A DNA stretch of 64,000 nt from NCBI GenBank assembly GCA_963798085.1, contig CAWCRS010000007.1, positions 1,849,029-1,913,028 on the forward strand, given 5' to 3'. The DNA comes from an uncultured Gemmatimonadales bacterium. Its GTDB lineage: Bacteria; Gemmatimonadota; Gemmatimonadetes; Longimicrobiales; RSA9. Made by a program: the position numbers and the translations under genes. Shown here one piece after another: positions 51,190-63,430 of this stretch. The number at the start of each line of letters is the position of its first letter. Position 1 is the stretch's first letter. The notes beneath the pieces were generated by a model. The model saw only the letters and a list, made by a program, of their open reading frames with translations, ran no database searches and had not been told where the DNA came from.

Positions 51190-52215
51190 CTATTGAACCC
51201 GTCGCGTGGACCCGGGTTCCTCGATGGCCAGAAGGCAAATCCGCTCGCACACTTCCGCGAATGCGATGCCCGCGGCCGCCGCGCCCTTGGGAAACAGGCT
51301 CGCTGCCGTCATTCCCGGGTTCGTGTTGGCCTCCAGGCACCAGAACTCTCCGTCCGCGTCCATGCGGAAATCCACGCGGCTGTAGCCGCCCAGCTTGAGC
51401 ACCCGGTGCACCGCTTCGCCCAGACGCTGCACCGTCGTCGTCTCGCTCGCGCTCAGGTCGGCCGGAAATATTTCTTCGGTCATCCCCGGCTGGTACTTGC
51501 ACTCGTAGTCGAAGATCTCGTGCTGCGCGATGATCTCGCCTACGGGCAGTGCCGACGCGCCCAGGATCGGCACCGTCAGCTCGCGGCCCGGGATGAAGCT
51601 CTCGATCATCACCTCGTCATCGAAGCGGTACGCTTCGGCAATCGCCGCGTCGATCTGCGCCGCATCGCGCACCACCGTCAACCCGACTGTCGATCCCTGT
51701 TTGCTCGGCTTCACCACTGCGGGCAGACCGAGGTGCGCGCAAACCTCCTCCGCGCGCACCGGCGCCATGAGCCAGCCCGGTGTCGGAATGCCTGCGTACA
51801 CGAACAGCCGCTTGGCCACATCCTTGTCCATGGCCAGTGCGCTGCCCAGCATGCCGCTACCCGTGTACGGTATGCCGGTGGTGTCCAGCAGCGCCTGCAG
51901 CTTGCCATCCTCGCCGAACGATCCGTGCATTGCGATGAACACCACATCGAACCGCGTGGAGCTGCTGAGCGCCGCGCGCAGATCGATGAGACGCATACGG
52001 CCCAGCATGGCCTGATCCGGTGGCGCCGGCGCCACCCCCGGGCGTAGCGCGTCGCCTTCATCCTCACGCCGTATTACGCCCACGGCCGGATCGATGGCGA
52101 CGACATCGTGTCCACGCGAACGCAGCGCCGCCACCACCTGCGCGCCGCTGGCAATGGAAACGTCGCGCTCGGCACTCGTGCCGCCGAACAGTACTGCCAC
52201 ACACAGAGGTTTCAT
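51190..52215 (-). CDS. ddl: D-alanine--D-alanine ligase
   Basis: VLFGGTSAERDVSIASG, HGSFGEDG, PYTGSG, AMDKD, VKPSKQGSTVG, FDYECKY, SRVDF, LEANTNPGMT. Confidence 0.96.
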   Translation of the reverse strand: MKPLCVAVLFGGTSAERDVSIASGAQVVAALRSRGHDVVAIDPAVGVIRREDEGDALRPGVAPAPPDQAMLGRMRLIDLRAALSSSTRFDVVFIAMHGSFGEDGKLQALLDTTGIPYTGSGMLGSALAMDKDVAKRLFVYAGIPTPGWLMAPVRAEEVCAHLGLPAVVKPSKQGSTVGLTVVRDAAQIDAAIAEAYRFDDEVMIESFIPGRELTVPILGASALPVGEIIAQHEIFDYECKYQPGMTEEIFPADLSASETTTVQRLGEAVHRVLKLGGYSRVDFRMDADGEFWCLEANTNPGMTAASLFPKGAAAAGIAFAEVCERICLLAIEEPGSTRRVQ

Positions 52216-53597
52216 GCGGTCAGGTAGCGCACTACGTCGTAGCGCGTGATGATGCCTGCCAGCTGATCATCACGCTGGATCAGCACGGCGGGCGTCTGTC
52301 GCGTCAGCAGGCGACCCACACCGCTGAGCAGTGCGTGCGCGTCCACCTGCGGGAACGGTCCCTCCATCAGGGTCGACACGGGCCGGTCGAGAATCGTGGG
52401 ATCTTCGATCACACGCGCCATGAGGCTCGCTTCGTTCAGCGAGCCCACGCATTCGTTGTCCCGGCACACGGGCAAGTGCGAGATGTCATGCAATGTGATC
52501 AGTGACAGGGCATCACGCGTCGATGTTTCGGGTGCCACCCACACCAGTGCGGGTGCTCCGCCGTCCTTGCGATCGAGCATGTCGCCCACCGTCATGCGCT
52601 CCGGCTCGAGCAGGCGGTTCTCGCGCAGCCATTCATCGTTATAGAATTTCGAGAGGTAACGCTCGCCCGTGTCCGCGAGGATGCAGACGACGAGTGCATC
52701 GGGATCGTTCGTCTCGCGCGCCACGCGCACGGCGAGTGCCACGTTCAGGCCTGACGAGCCGCCCACGAAGAGCCCTTCCTCGCGCGTCAGCCGCCGGGCC
52801 ATGTGAAACGAGTCGCGATCCGTGAGCGTGTGGTACTCGTCGATCACACTGAAGTCGAGCGCGCCCGGGATCTTGTCGCCGCCAATGCCCTCCACCTTGT
52901 AGGGATGGCCCTGGCCTTTCTCGTGTGTCGTGTGGTACTGCGCGTAGATCGAGCCCACCGGATCGCCGGCGATGACGCGCACGCCCGGGTTCTTTTCCTT
53001 GAGGTAGCGGCCCACGCCGGTCAGTGTGCCACCCGTTCCGGCAGATGCGACGACGTGTGTCACGCGACCTTCCGTCTGCTCCCAGATCTCGGGGCCCGTG
53101 GTGTCGTAATGCGCACGCGGGTTCTCCGGGTTGTAGAACTGATTGGCAAGGATCGCGCCCGGGGTTTCCTTCACAATGCGCTTCGCCGTCTGCACGTAGT
53201 TGTCGGGATGATCGGGCGGAACCGCGGTCGGTGTGATGATGACCTCGGCGCCGAACGCTTTCAGCAGGCGTACTTTCTCCTGGCTCATCTTGTCGGGCAT
53301 CGTGAAGACGCAGCGGTAGCCGCGAATCGCCGCGGCAATGGCGAGGCCAACACCGGTGTTACCGCTGGTGCCTTCCACAATCGTGCCGCCCGGGCGCAGG
53401 CTGCCTTCTCGCTCCGCCGCCTCGATCATCGCCACGCCAATGCGGTCTTTCACGGAGCCGCCCGGATTGAAGAACTCGGCCTTCGCCCAGACCGGCGTGC
53501 GCGCGCCATCGGTCACGCGATTGAGCTGGATCATGGGCGTCCAGCCGATCGTCGCCAGGACGTCGCTGAACGGCTTGAGATTGCGCACCTCGCTCAT
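52212..53597 (-). CDS. Cystathionine beta-synthase (PLP enzyme with CBS domains)
   Basis: KAEFFNPGGSVKDRIG, EGTSGNTG, GTGGT, VEGIG, GGSSG, DTGERYLSK, C-terminal CBS pair. Confidence 0.93.
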   Translation of the reverse strand: MSEVRNLKPFSDVLATIGWTPMIQLNRVTDGARTPVWAKAEFFNPGGSVKDRIGVAMIEAAEREGSLRPGGTIVEGTSGNTGVGLAIAAAIRGYRCVFTMPDKMSQEKVRLLKAFGAEVIITPTAVPPDHPDNYVQTAKRIVKETPGAILANQFYNPENPRAHYDTTGPEIWEQTEGRVTHVVASAGTGGTLTGVGRYLKEKNPGVRVIAGDPVGSIYAQYHTTHEKGQGHPYKVEGIGGDKIPGALDFSVIDEYHTLTDRDSFHMARRLTREEGLFVGGSSGLNVALAVRVARETNDPDALVVCILADTGERYLSKFYNDEWLRENRLLEPERMTVGDMLDRKDGGAPALVWVAPETSTRDALSLITLHDISHLPVCRDNECVGSLNEASLMARVIEDPTILDRPVSTLMEGPFPQVDAHALLSGVGRLLTRQTPAVLIQRDDQLAGIITRYDVVRYLTA

Positions 53598-54016
53598 GGC
53601 TTTCCCCGCCCCACTGCTTCTGTCCCGCCAGCCGCCCCACCCGATTCGCGATCGAAACGCACGGGCATGCGCGCCCACATGTCGGCGCGCCGTCCCCCCC
53701 GCCGTCCGGGAGAGAAACGCAGATGCCGGGCACCCTGCACCGCCGCCGAGTCGAACTCCGGGAAGCCGCTGGATCGCGACACGTACAGGCTGTCGATCGC
53801 TCCGCTCTCCGTGACGTGCACCATCAGCATGGTTTCACCGTGCATGCCCAGGTCCCACAGCTCGACCGGGTACTGGATCGGGGATGAATCGATGAGCGCC
53901 TGCGGCAGCTCGACGGGCCCTGACGGTCCGCAGCCCAGCGCTGCCAGCAGCACAGCCGTACCTGCGACCCTGCCTGTGCTCCCGCGTCGTCCGTCATTGC
54001 CCGCCCATCGTTGCAT
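53594..54016 (-). CDS. TonB C-terminal domain protein
   Basis: IQYP...GMHGETMLMVHVTESG...SRSSG..EFDSAAV....LRFSPG...MPVRF; start uncertain. Confidence 0.8.
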   Translation of the reverse strand: MQRWAGNDGRRGSTGRVAGTAVLLAALGCGPSGPVELPQALIDSSPIQYPVELWDLGMHGETMLMVHVTESGAIDSLYVSRSSGFPEFDSAAVQGARHLRFSPGRRGGRRADMWARMPVRFDRESGGAAGGTEAVGRGKP

Positions 54017-54046
54017 GGCGCAAAAATAGCGCGCTCCACTCGCCTC

Positions 54047-56677
54047 TCAAAGCGCGCGCTCCGGATCGTCGCCCGTCATGGACCGCAGCTCGGCAATCAG
54101 GTTCAGGGCCTCGAGCGGCGTCAGCTGGTCGACTTCGGTGGCGCGCAGCCGGGTCAGCGCCGGGTGTTCCGGTGGCGCGAAGAACGAAAGCTGGTCGGGA
54201 GCCCGCGCGCTGCGCGGTCGCAGCTTTCCAGCCTGGCCCAGCCCGCGGCCGCCGCCGCTGTGCGCGCCTTCCAGATCGCGCAGGATTTCCCGCGCACGCT
54301 GCACCACTTCCCGCGGCAGACCGGCGAGGCGGCCCACCTCGATGCCATACGAGCGGTCCGCTCCGCCGCGCTGGAGCTGGTGCAGGAACACGATCTCGTT
54401 GCCCGTTTCCCGCACGGCCACGTTGCAGTTGACCAGCGCGGGCAGCAGCTCGGCCAGCTGGGTAAGCTCGTGATAGTGTGTGGCGAATATGGTGCGCGCC
54501 CCCGTCGCCTCGTGCAGGTACTCCGTCACCGCCCACGCGATGCTCACGCCGTCGTACGTCGCCGTGCCGCGTCCGATCTCGTCGAGCAGCACCAGAGAGC
54601 GCGCTGTGGCCGCGTGCAGGATGGATGCGGTTTCCTGCATTTCGACCATGAATGTGGACTGCCCGCGCACCAGGTTGTCGGACGCGCCCACGCGTGTGAA
54701 GATGCGATCACAAACCGGCAGCAGCGCGCTCTCCGCCGGCACGAACGAGCCCATCTGCGCCAGCAGTTGAATCAGTCCCACCTGCCGCAGCAGCGTCGAT
54801 TTCCCCGCCATGTTGGGACCCGTGAGGATCATGATGCGACCGGCTTCGTCCAGCACCACGTCGTTGGGGATGAAGCGCTCGCGCGGCATCATGGTCTCGA
54901 CGACGGGATGACGGCCGCCGCGGATTTCCATGCGATAATCCTCGTGCAGGCGGGGGCGCGTGTACGCCAGCCGCTCGGCCGTCTGCGCCAGGCTCGCCAG
55001 CACGTCCAGCTCCGCCACCCGGTCTGCGCTCGCCTGCAGCCGCGGCAGCTGTCCGGCAATCTGCTGGCGCAATTCCGCGAACGCATGTGCCTCGACTTCC
55101 GCGATGCGCTGCTCCGCATCCAGGATCTGCGCTTCCAGCTGCTTCAGCCCGGCCGTCACGAAACGCTCGGCATTGGCCACCGTCTGGCGCCGCTCGTACT
55201 CGGCGGGCACGCGCTCCAGGTTGCTGCGCGTCACCTCGATGTAGTATCCAAACACCTTGTTATAGCCCACCTTGAGCGACCCGATGCCGGTGCGCTCCCG
55301 CTCTCTCGCCTGCATGCCCGCGACCAGGCTCTGCGCACCGTCGCGCGTGGCGCGCAGCGCATCCAGCGCCGCGTCGAATCCGGTGCGCATGACATCGCCC
55401 TCCGCCAGTGTGGGTGGCGGCTCATCCACCAGCGCCCGCTCCAGCAGCTCGCGCATGTCGGGCAGCGCATCCAGCCCGCGCACCAGTGTTTCCAGAAGCG
55501 ACCCGCTCGCGGCCGTCAGGCTGCGCGCCAGCTCCGGCAGCTGGCGCAGCGACTCGCGCAGCGCGCCCAGCTCGCGCGGCGTGATGCGCGCCGCTCCGAC
55601 CTTGGCCGCCAGGCGCTCCAGGTCGCGCACCTGCTTGAGCACGGCCCGCACCGTCCGCCGCACGGGGCCGTTTTCACGCAGTTCCGCCACGGCTTCCTGG
55701 CGCGCGCGGATCGCAGGCAGATCGACCAGCGGCCGCAGCACCCAGCGGCGCAGCATACGGGCGCCCATCGCAGTCAGCGTCTCGTCGATCACATTGATGA
55801 GCGTGGCAGCCCGTTCGGCGCGCCGCTCCACGCGCAGGGGCTCGACCAGCTCGAGATTGCGGCGCGTCATCTCGTCCAGCACCAGCGCATCGCCGCCACG
55901 CCGTATGCGCGGCGGCCGCAGTGCGTGCAGTGCACCCGGCTGCACTTCGGCCAGATAGGCGAGCAACGCACCCAGCGCACCCAGCAGCGGCATGTCGGCC
56001 GGCTCGAAACCGAAACCCTGCACGTCGTGCACGTGATAGACGCGCCGTACCTCATCGGCGCCTGCCGCGGCATCAAACAGCCAGTCAGGGCGCAGCGTGC
56101 GCACGCAGCCTTCCGCGCCGGCAATGGTCCTCGCCTCCAGCGCACGCGGCAGCAGCAGCTCCGCCGGCTCCAGCGCCGCCAGCTCGGACGCGAGTGCCGC
56201 GCCTGGCACGTGCGCGACCTGCGCTTCTCCGGTCGAGATGTCCACGGCGCCCAGCGCCCAGCTGTCTGCGGCGTATTCGGCCAGCGCCACCAGCCAGTTG
56301 TTGCGCCGCTCCGCGAGCAGCGCGTCGGCCAGCACCGCCCCCGGCGTGATTGTTTCCACCACTTCGCGACGCACGATGCCTCGCGCCAGCGCGGGATCCT
56401 CCATCTGCTCGCATACGGCCACTCGCCGTCCCAGCCGCACCAGCCGCTCCAGGTACTCGTCGCGGGCGCGCACCGGCACCCCCGCCAGCGGCACCTCTGC
56501 CGCGCCCCCGTTGTTGCGTGCGGTGAGCGTGAGACCCAGCAGGCGCGCACCTTCTACCGCGTCCTCGTTGAACATCTCGTAGAAATCGCCCACGCGGAAA
56601 AAAATCAGTGCATCCGGATGGCGCGACTTGGCCTCGCGCCACTGCTGCATGAGTGGGGTGTCTTCGGCCTTCTGCAT
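54047..56677 (-). CDS. mutS: DNA mismatch repair protein MutS
   Basis: TPLMQQW, FFRVGDFYEMF, GRHPVVE, LTGPNMAGKST, STFMVEM, LLDEIGRGT, FATHYHEL, SYGIEVGRLAGLP. Confidence 0.98.
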   Translation of the reverse strand: MQKAEDTPLMQQWREAKSRHPDALIFFRVGDFYEMFNEDAVEGARLLGLTLTARNNGGAAEVPLAGVPVRARDEYLERLVRLGRRVAVCEQMEDPALARGIVRREVVETITPGAVLADALLAERRNNWLVALAEYAADSWALGAVDISTGEAQVAHVPGAALASELAALEPAELLLPRALEARTIAGAEGCVRTLRPDWLFDAAAGADEVRRVYHVHDVQGFGFEPADMPLLGALGALLAYLAEVQPGALHALRPPRIRRGGDALVLDEMTRRNLELVEPLRVERRAERAATLINVIDETLTAMGARMLRRWVLRPLVDLPAIRARQEAVAELRENGPVRRTVRAVLKQVRDLERLAAKVGAARITPRELGALRESLRQLPELARSLTAASGSLLETLVRGLDALPDMRELLERALVDEPPPTLAEGDVMRTGFDAALDALRATRDGAQSLVAGMQARERERTGIGSLKVGYNKVFGYYIEVTRSNLERVPAEYERRQTVANAERFVTAGLKQLEAQILDAEQRIAEVEAHAFAELRQQIAGQLPRLQASADRVAELDVLASLAQTAERLAYTRPRLHEDYRMEIRGGRHPVVETMMPRERFIPNDVVLDEAGRIMILTGPNMAGKSTLLRQVGLIQLLAQMGSFVPAESALLPVCDRIFTRVGASDNLVRGQSTFMVEMQETASILHAATARSLVLLDEIGRGTATYDGVSIAWAVTEYLHEATGARTIFATHYHELTQLAELLPALVNCNVAVRETGNEIVFLHQLQRGGADRSYGIEVGRLAGLPREVVQRAREILRDLEGAHSGGGRGLGQAGKLRPRSARAPDQLSFFAPPEHPALTRLRATEVDQLTPLEALNLIAELRSMTGDDPERAL

Positions 56678-56887
56678 TCGGGGTAGTATCGCTGCGAGGG
56701 AACGCACTCGGCTTCAGGATGATAGCCGAGGAGCACGCGTCGCGGCAACCTCGGCGCGACTGCCGACTGCGACGCGCAACATTCTGCGCCGGCGTCGGTT
56801 ACGCAGGGCGGCGCACACGCTGGCAGGTGCGCCGACCCGGCTCTAGATTCGTGGTGCGCAGAGTCGTTTCAATAAGGAACGGAACCA

Positions 56888-59065
56888 GTGGAACGCAAGC
56901 TCCTCTTCGATACTTACAACGCCGCGTACGTCCAGGACATTTACGAGCAGTACCTGCAGAATCCCGCGGCCGTCGACGCCAGCTGGCGTGCGCTGTTCGA
57001 GCGCGACCCGCCAAGGAACGGTGGCCTGCTCGGCGGGCCTGCTCTCGTTATCGCAGGCGGCGGGGTGGCCACGGAAGCGCAGTTGCGTGCCGCGCGTGCT
57101 GCCGGCGAACTGGTCGACGCGTACAGGCTGCACGGGCATCGCAGCGCGCACATCGATCCGCTCGGCTCGGAACCACCCGGCCACCCGCAGCTGAGGCCCG
57201 AATTTCACGGCATCACCCGCGCCGAGCTGGCCAATGTGCCTGCCTCGATGGTGCAGCTCGAAGCCTACGGTGACACGATTGCCGACGTGTTCGACTTCCT
57301 CTGCGAGACCTACACCGGCCCCATCGGCTACGAGTTCGAGTATCTCGAGGATCCCGAGAAGCGCGAATGGCTGCGGCAGCAGATCGAGACGCGCGCGCAT
57401 CGTCAGCCTCTCGCCAGCGCCGAGAAGATTCACCTTCTCGAACGGCTCACCGAAGTCGAGGGCTTCGAGCAGTTCCTGCACCGCGCCTACCTCGGCGCCA
57501 AGCGCTTCTCCATCGAAGGCACCGACGTGACGGTGCCCATGCTGGATCTAGCCATCGAGCGTGCCAGTGCGGCAGGCGCTGCGGAAATCGTGATCGGCAT
57601 GTCGCATCGCGGGCGCCTCAATGTGCTGGCGCACGTGCTCGGTGTTTCCTACGCGGATCTCATCGCGAGGTTCGAGGGCCGTCACGCCACCATTGCCGGC
57701 ACGGGCGATGTGAAGTACCACCTCGGTGCGGAGGGCACATACGCCACGCGTTCCGGTACGCCGCTCACGGTGCTGCTCGCGCCCAATCCCAGTCATCTCG
57801 AATTCGTGAATCCCGTCGCCGAGGGCATGGCGAGGGCGAGGCAGACGGACCACGCCTCACCCACGCCCATCCGCGACGAGAATCTCGTCATGCCCATTCT
57901 GCTGCACGGTGACGCCGCATTTTCCGGCCAGGGCGTGGTCGCGGAAACCCTGAACCTCGCCAGGCTGACCGGTTACCGTACGGGCGGTACGCTGCACATC
58001 ATCCTGAACAATCAGGTGGGCTTCACCACGGACCCGTGTGATGCGCACTCGACGGATTACGCGAGCGACCTGGCGCGTGGCTTCGATCTCCCCGTGTTTC
58101 ACGTCAATGCCGACGACCCCGAAGCCTGTCTTGCCGTGGTTCGTCTGGCAATGTCGTTCCGCGAGCGTTTCCACGATGACGTGGTGATCGATCTCGTCGG
58201 CTATCGCCGCTACGGCCACAACGAAGCCGACGAACCCGCCTACACGCAGCCGCTGATGTATCGCACCATCGCGGCGCATCCGACGGTGCGCCGGCTCTGG
58301 GCGGAACACCTCGTGCAGGAACACGTGCTGGGTGAGGCGGCGGTGCAGGCGCTGCTCGATCGCCAGCACGATCGTCTGACGCAGGCGCAGGATGGCGTGC
58401 GCGCGGCCGGCAGAGAAGGATCGGCGAGACTCGATCCGGACACGGTGGCCGGCGATATCGCCATGGGCGAACTGGTGACCGCCGTCCCCGCCGCGACTCT
58501 GCTCTCGCTGGACCACCAGGTACACACGTGGCCCGCGGACTTCCATGTGCATCCCAAGCTGGCCCGCCAGCTCGAGCGGCGCGCGAAACTGCTCGAGCAA
58601 CGCGGCCCTGTCGACTGGGCCCACGCCGAGACGCTGGCCTTCGCCAGCCTGCTGATGGACAACGTGCCCGTGCGCCTGACCGGTCAGGATGCGGAGCGCG
58701 GCACCTTCAGCCAGCGCCATCTCGTGCTCCATGATGTCGCGAGTGGCGCTCGATTCGCGCCCCTGGCGCACCTGCAGGATGCGCACGTGCCCTTCGAAGT
58801 CTATAACAGCCCATTATCAGAGCTGGCGGTGCTCGGCTTCGAGTACGGTTACAGTGTCGTGGCGCGGCCGGTGCTCGTGCTCTGGGAGGCGCAGTTCGGT
58901 GACTTCGTCAATGGCGCGCAGATCATCATCGATCAGTTCATGGCCGCAGGCCGGGAGAAGTGGGGACAGCTGTCCCGGCTCGTACTGCTGCTGCCGCACG
59001 GCTTCGAGGGCCAGGGCCCCGAACATTCCAGTGCCCGACTCGAACGCTTTCTGCAGCTCGCGGCG
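56888..59065 (+). CDS. sucA: 2-oxoglutarate dehydrogenase E1 component, truncated at an apparent chimeric junction
   Basis: KRFSIEG, GMSHRGRLNVL, GDVKYHLG, NPSHLE, HGDAAFSGQG, GHNEADEP, GQDAERGTFSQRH, WEAQFGDF, GQGPEHSSARLERFLQLAA; homology stops there and the rest of the C-terminal region is missing. Confidence 0.93.
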
Positions 59066-59847
59066 CCTGGACTCGGCTGCATCCGTTTGCGGAGATCGCA
59101 CTTCGGCAATGTCGTCCCGGTCCATCTCTACGGGCAGGTTGCGACATGGACGCCGTCTCGACAGACTTCGCTGAAGAGCGCGGACTGGCTGTGATCGAGG
59201 ACGCGGCCCAGGACCACGGCGCGCCTGGGGTGATCACCGGGCGGGATCCTTTCGGCCTCGCCTCTGCCTTAGCTTTTACCCAAGCAAGAACCTGGTGCTT
59301 TTGGGGACGGCGGCATGATCTCCACAAGCGACGATCAGCTTGCCGAACGCGCGCGCCGCCTCCGGCACATCGGCCAGCTCGGTAAGGGCGATCACAGCGT
59401 CGCCGGGTTCAACGAGCGCCTCGACACCCTGCAAGCAGCGGTGCTGCGCGTGAAGCTCCCGCATCTCGATGGCTGGAATTCTTGCACGGCGGGAGGCGGC
59501 CCTCTCCTATGAGTCACGGCTTCCGCAAGCTGCGCGGGGGCTGGTGCCTCGAGAGTGGCGCGCATGACATCTATCACCTGTATCCGGTTCGTTTGGCAGA
59601 TCGTGACACCGCCGCGGCGGTCCTGGCCGAGCGGGGGATCTCAACCGGCGTCCACTATTCGCCCGCCGTGCACGAGCAACCCCCCTTCGCCGCCGCCGCA
59701 CGAGCGGACGATTTGAGCCGGGCCGAGGCGTGGGCTGCGTCCGAGCTCTCGCTGCCGATGTTCGCCGGGATAGACGTTTCTGAGATTGTGCTCGTCTGCG
59801 AGACGCTTGCCGAGGGCATCCTCGAGCCGGCAGCCCGTACGCCATAG
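59066..59847 (+). pseudogene. DegT/DnrJ/EryC1/StrS aminotransferase, partial and multiply frameshifted
   Basis: VPVHLYGQ, VIEDAAQ, SFYPSKNLGA-like segment, GFNERLDTLQAAVLRVKLPHLD, HIYHLY-like segment, GVHY, ELSLPMF across frames. Confidence 0.8.
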
Positions 59848-60362
59848 TGGCCGTGGCAAGGGGCGAATTCGTCGATGTCTACGACAGGCACGTCGATGAC
59901 GTCTACGGGTTCATTGCCTACCGGCTTGCGGATGGATGGCAAGCCGAGGACCTGACGCAGCGGACATTCGAGCTCGCTGGGTCCTGGGATCGGTACGACC
60001 CAGTCGAGCGAGCGTGAAGACCTGGCTGCTGTCGATCGCGCAGAACGCCGTCATTGATCATCTTCGCAAGGAGGCGAGCGCTCGCCGGGAATCGCTGGTC
60101 GACCAGCTCGACAGGCATTCCGCCGGTCAGGGGTCGGACGTCGTCCTCGGACCCTCGCCGAGATCGCTGCGGCCCTCGTCGGTCTGAGCGATCGGCGCGG
60201 CAGGTCATCGCGCTGCGGTTCGGTGGCGATCTCACCACCGCCGACATCGCCGCGCTCGTCGGCGCCTCCGTCGACAACATTCACCAGATTCTTTCGCGTG
60301 CGTTGCGTCATATGCGCGATCGTCTCGACCCCGTCGTGCACGCACGCGCCAGTTTCGGTTAG
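59847..60362 (+). pseudogene. ECF-type sigma-70 factor, frameshifted
   Basis: VYDRHVDDVYGFIAYRL, AEDLTQRTFE, TWLLSIAQNAVIDHLR, QVIALRFGGDLTTADIAALVG...ILSRAL. Confidence 0.8.
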
Positions 60363-60549
60363 ACGCGCTACGGCGCGAACGGGCGATGCCCGCGACTCCG
60401 AGGGCCGTGATCAAGACACGGCAGCTCCAGAACAGGCGCAGGCCACGATGATCCTGGTTCCTCGGGGAAAGCCGGATTCGCGTGCGCGATCCAAGGGCTC
60501 GAGCGGAGCCCGCGCGAAAGGCATCCGATGGCCGGGTCGCTCGGCCGAG

Positions 60550-62610
60550 AGTCGTAGCTCGAGCTCCGGGGCCGAGCCCGTGACGTTTTCGTCAGCCATT
60601 TGCGAACAACGGCGACCTCGGGTTAAGCGATTTCGCCTGGTCATAGGACGCAGCGGACTCAGCGGCCTCGCCGGCCTTGCTCTGAAGGCGCGAGAGACGA
60701 ACCAGGTGCGCCAATTGGTCGGCTCGTCCCGGGTTGCTTCTGTGGCGGCGGCGACAGCAGCATTCATGTCGTCCGACCCTGCGGCGCCGCTCCGCTCAGC
60801 GATCAGCTCCAAGACGAGCGCCTGCTTGGAGGTGCGGGGATGCAGCGTAGGGTTGCCCACTTCGCGGCGCTTTCAGCCTCGTAGAAGCGCTCTTTGATCG
60901 AGGTGGCCGGACCTCGCATGCATCAGCCTGGCTTGCTCGTACCGCCGTCATGCCGAGCAGCGGGAGTCCGATTGCGACGACCCCAACAACCGCGAAAGCC
61001 ACGGTGGCGACGCGGGGAAGGAGACCCGGGGCGCCCGTGGCGAGGCCCGGAGCACGAGTCTGCTCGTCGACGGGGTCTCCGACCGAGCACGCTCGCCGCG
61101 AGCAGCAGGAAGGTCGCGGGTAAGACGGCGAGCTCCCAGCTCCAGTCGATCATCGCCGCGATCGCGAATGTGGCACATCCTGCCGCCGCAGCGGCGGACG
61201 CACGCGCCGGCGTTCGGGCGGCGCGCGAAGTACGCGTCGGATCCCTACGACGAGCACGCCACCGACGAAGCTAATGATCAAGAGGAATCCGACGATACCA
61301 AGCTCCGCCAACGTCTCGAGATACAGCGATGCGCATGGCGCGGACGAACCCGGGTACATCGCCCGTCCGCGCCCACCAGTACTGCCAGGTTCCGGGTCCG
61401 ATGCCGACGAGCGGGGCGGTTGCATTGGCGTCGAACGTCGAGGCCCACCAGCTGGTAGCGGCCATTGCCGCTCGCGCTCGTGAACCTGTCGGTCGTGGCG
61501 TTGTTCGCTGGACCGCCGGGCTGCTTGAACTCCTCCCACGGTCGGCCAGCTTGCCAGGCACGTCGAGCGCGATCGCCGCGATTAGCGCGATCGCCGCGGC
61601 GGTCGCGAAGGCCCTGAAGCTGCGCCCGTCGGCGAGATCCGAGGTCGGGGCCCAGACCACGCCGGCCGACATCACAATCGCGGCCTGCAGCAAGCCGGTC
61701 GCGACGCACACCACTACGGTCGCCGCGAGCATCTCATTGCCCTGGCTCGACGCGAGCGCACCGCCAAAGCCGTCAGCGAGGGCATCGCGCTGTAGTCGCG
61801 GCAGCGATCAGGATGGTCGCTCCGACGGCGCAGACAAGCGTCGTCGGCAGCAGCGCGAGGGGCCTCGGGTGGAGAGCAAAGGAGTTACCAAGGCGACGGC
61901 TGGCTCGATCGGCCCCCCGCGCGAAATCGTGTAGAAGGTCGCGAGCAAATCGCCGGGATGACCGCTGCCGCGAGCACGCGCGTCTAAGTCCAGGCGAGCC
62001 GACGTGGCCAGCACAAGGAGAAGCGGCACTCCGATCGAGAGAAGAGCCGCCAGCCCGTTCCAGTAGTTGAGCGGGTAACTGAGGCGCGCCGCGAATGTTG
62101 GCGAGGAGTTCGAGGCGTCGTTCTCGGGAACCAGGCGGGATGCAGCCGCGAGAGGAGCGCGAGCACACCGATCACGGCGATCGCGGCCGCAACCGAGGAG
62201 ACCGATCGTTTCGAGTCCGTCGCGCCCTTGGACGATCAGCGTGGACCAGAAAGATTCCGACGTAGCTCGCCACCCTCCCGATTTCGATCACCGTGCGTTC
62301 GCTGGACTCCGTCCCAGAAAAGCGCGGCGGCGGTCCACGCAGCGAAGGCAAGCCAGGAGCGCCGAGAAGCCAGTGCCCGAGCGGCTGAGACCGGCTGACG
62401 GCACCAGTCCCAGCACGGCCGCAAGCCCGACGATCCACCAGATTGCAACGCCCGACCTCGCCCGGGTGATCGGGTGGTACCGCGCCCGCGCAGAGCCAGG
62501 TAAAGGATCAGTGAGAACGGCAACACGTAGCCCGCAAGCGCCAGGGGCCGTACGAGTCAGCGAGCCGGCCGGACGGTTTCGAGGGAGGCTGGCTGGCCAT
62601 CAGAGGTACA
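60550..62610 (-). pseudogene. O-antigen ligase family membrane protein with C-terminal TPR-like region, multiply frameshifted; boundaries approximate
   Basis: LILYLALRG, RLSYPLNYWNGLAALL, ASGNGRYQ, PLVGIGPGTWQYWW, SLYLETLAELGIVG, IDWSWEL, EPTNWRTWFV fragments. Confidence 0.7.
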
Positions 62611-62749
62611 TACGGCGCAGCGGCTCAAAAGCTGACGCCACCGCGTGCAGCTGGCGAGAGCACCGAGACCATTGCCCATTGCACGTGTTACCTCGGGCAT
62701 GACCGGACAATAAAATCGAGTGTGTAAGGCTCTGGGCGTGACTCAGACA

Positions 62750-63397
62750 GCAGAACATTGGTTAGGGTCTGTGGGGGCCTCTCGACCTTATCGCTGTGGC
62801 GGTGATTTGGCTCGTGGCGAGCCCAGCTGCGCTTGCCCAGCTTCCCGGGGGCTCGGCGGTTGACGAGTAGGCGGAGAGCATTCCCGGGCGCAGGTGGCGA
62901 TCACCCGAGCGGCGGCGGAGGCCACAGCGGATCGAACAGCGGTGGCGGCAACGGATCGTCCGGTAGTCAAGGCTCGGACGCTGGTTCGGGCAGCGGTGCT
63001 GCGCCGGGACTACAGACGCCGACGACGGACGGCGGAAACGGCTCGTCTGGCGTCGCGCAGTCCGGAGGAGGCGGCTCGTCTGCCGGGAGCGGTCACGGAA
63101 ATACCGGGGGCCAGGAAAGTGGCCGTTGCCAACTCGAGTCCAACCAGTCCCGCTGGCTCCGGGGCGCCCACTGTGGTCACGAGTCAACCCGCGTCGTCCA
63201 AGAGCGATTCTGGCGGCGGCGGAATCGGCATCGGACTTCCGATCGCGCTGGGCCTTGTTCTGCTTGCGACCGTCGGGATCGTGCTGTACCGACGCCGTTA
63301 TCCGGGCACGCGGCGTTGGCGCGGCGCAGGATCCGGTCTAACCCGACTTCGGGACTGCGCAACTGCTGGAAGCCTGGACACCGACCAGTCAGACTAA
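62750..63397 (+). pseudogene. Secreted Gly/Ser-rich membrane-anchored protein, frameshifted; boundaries approximate
   Basis: Signal-like IAVAVIWLVASPAALAQ, low-complexity G/S linker, C-terminal TM GLPIALGLVLLATVGIVLYRRR. Confidence 0.55.
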
Positions 63398-63430
63398 TTC
63401 GATCAACCCACTGATGGGGGAGGGAGAGGT

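Noticed and set aside
56888..59847. Novel SucA-aminotransferase fusion protein
   Set aside because: Both halves are truncated mid-domain and the downstream part is riddled with frameshifts; a chimera is more parsimonious.
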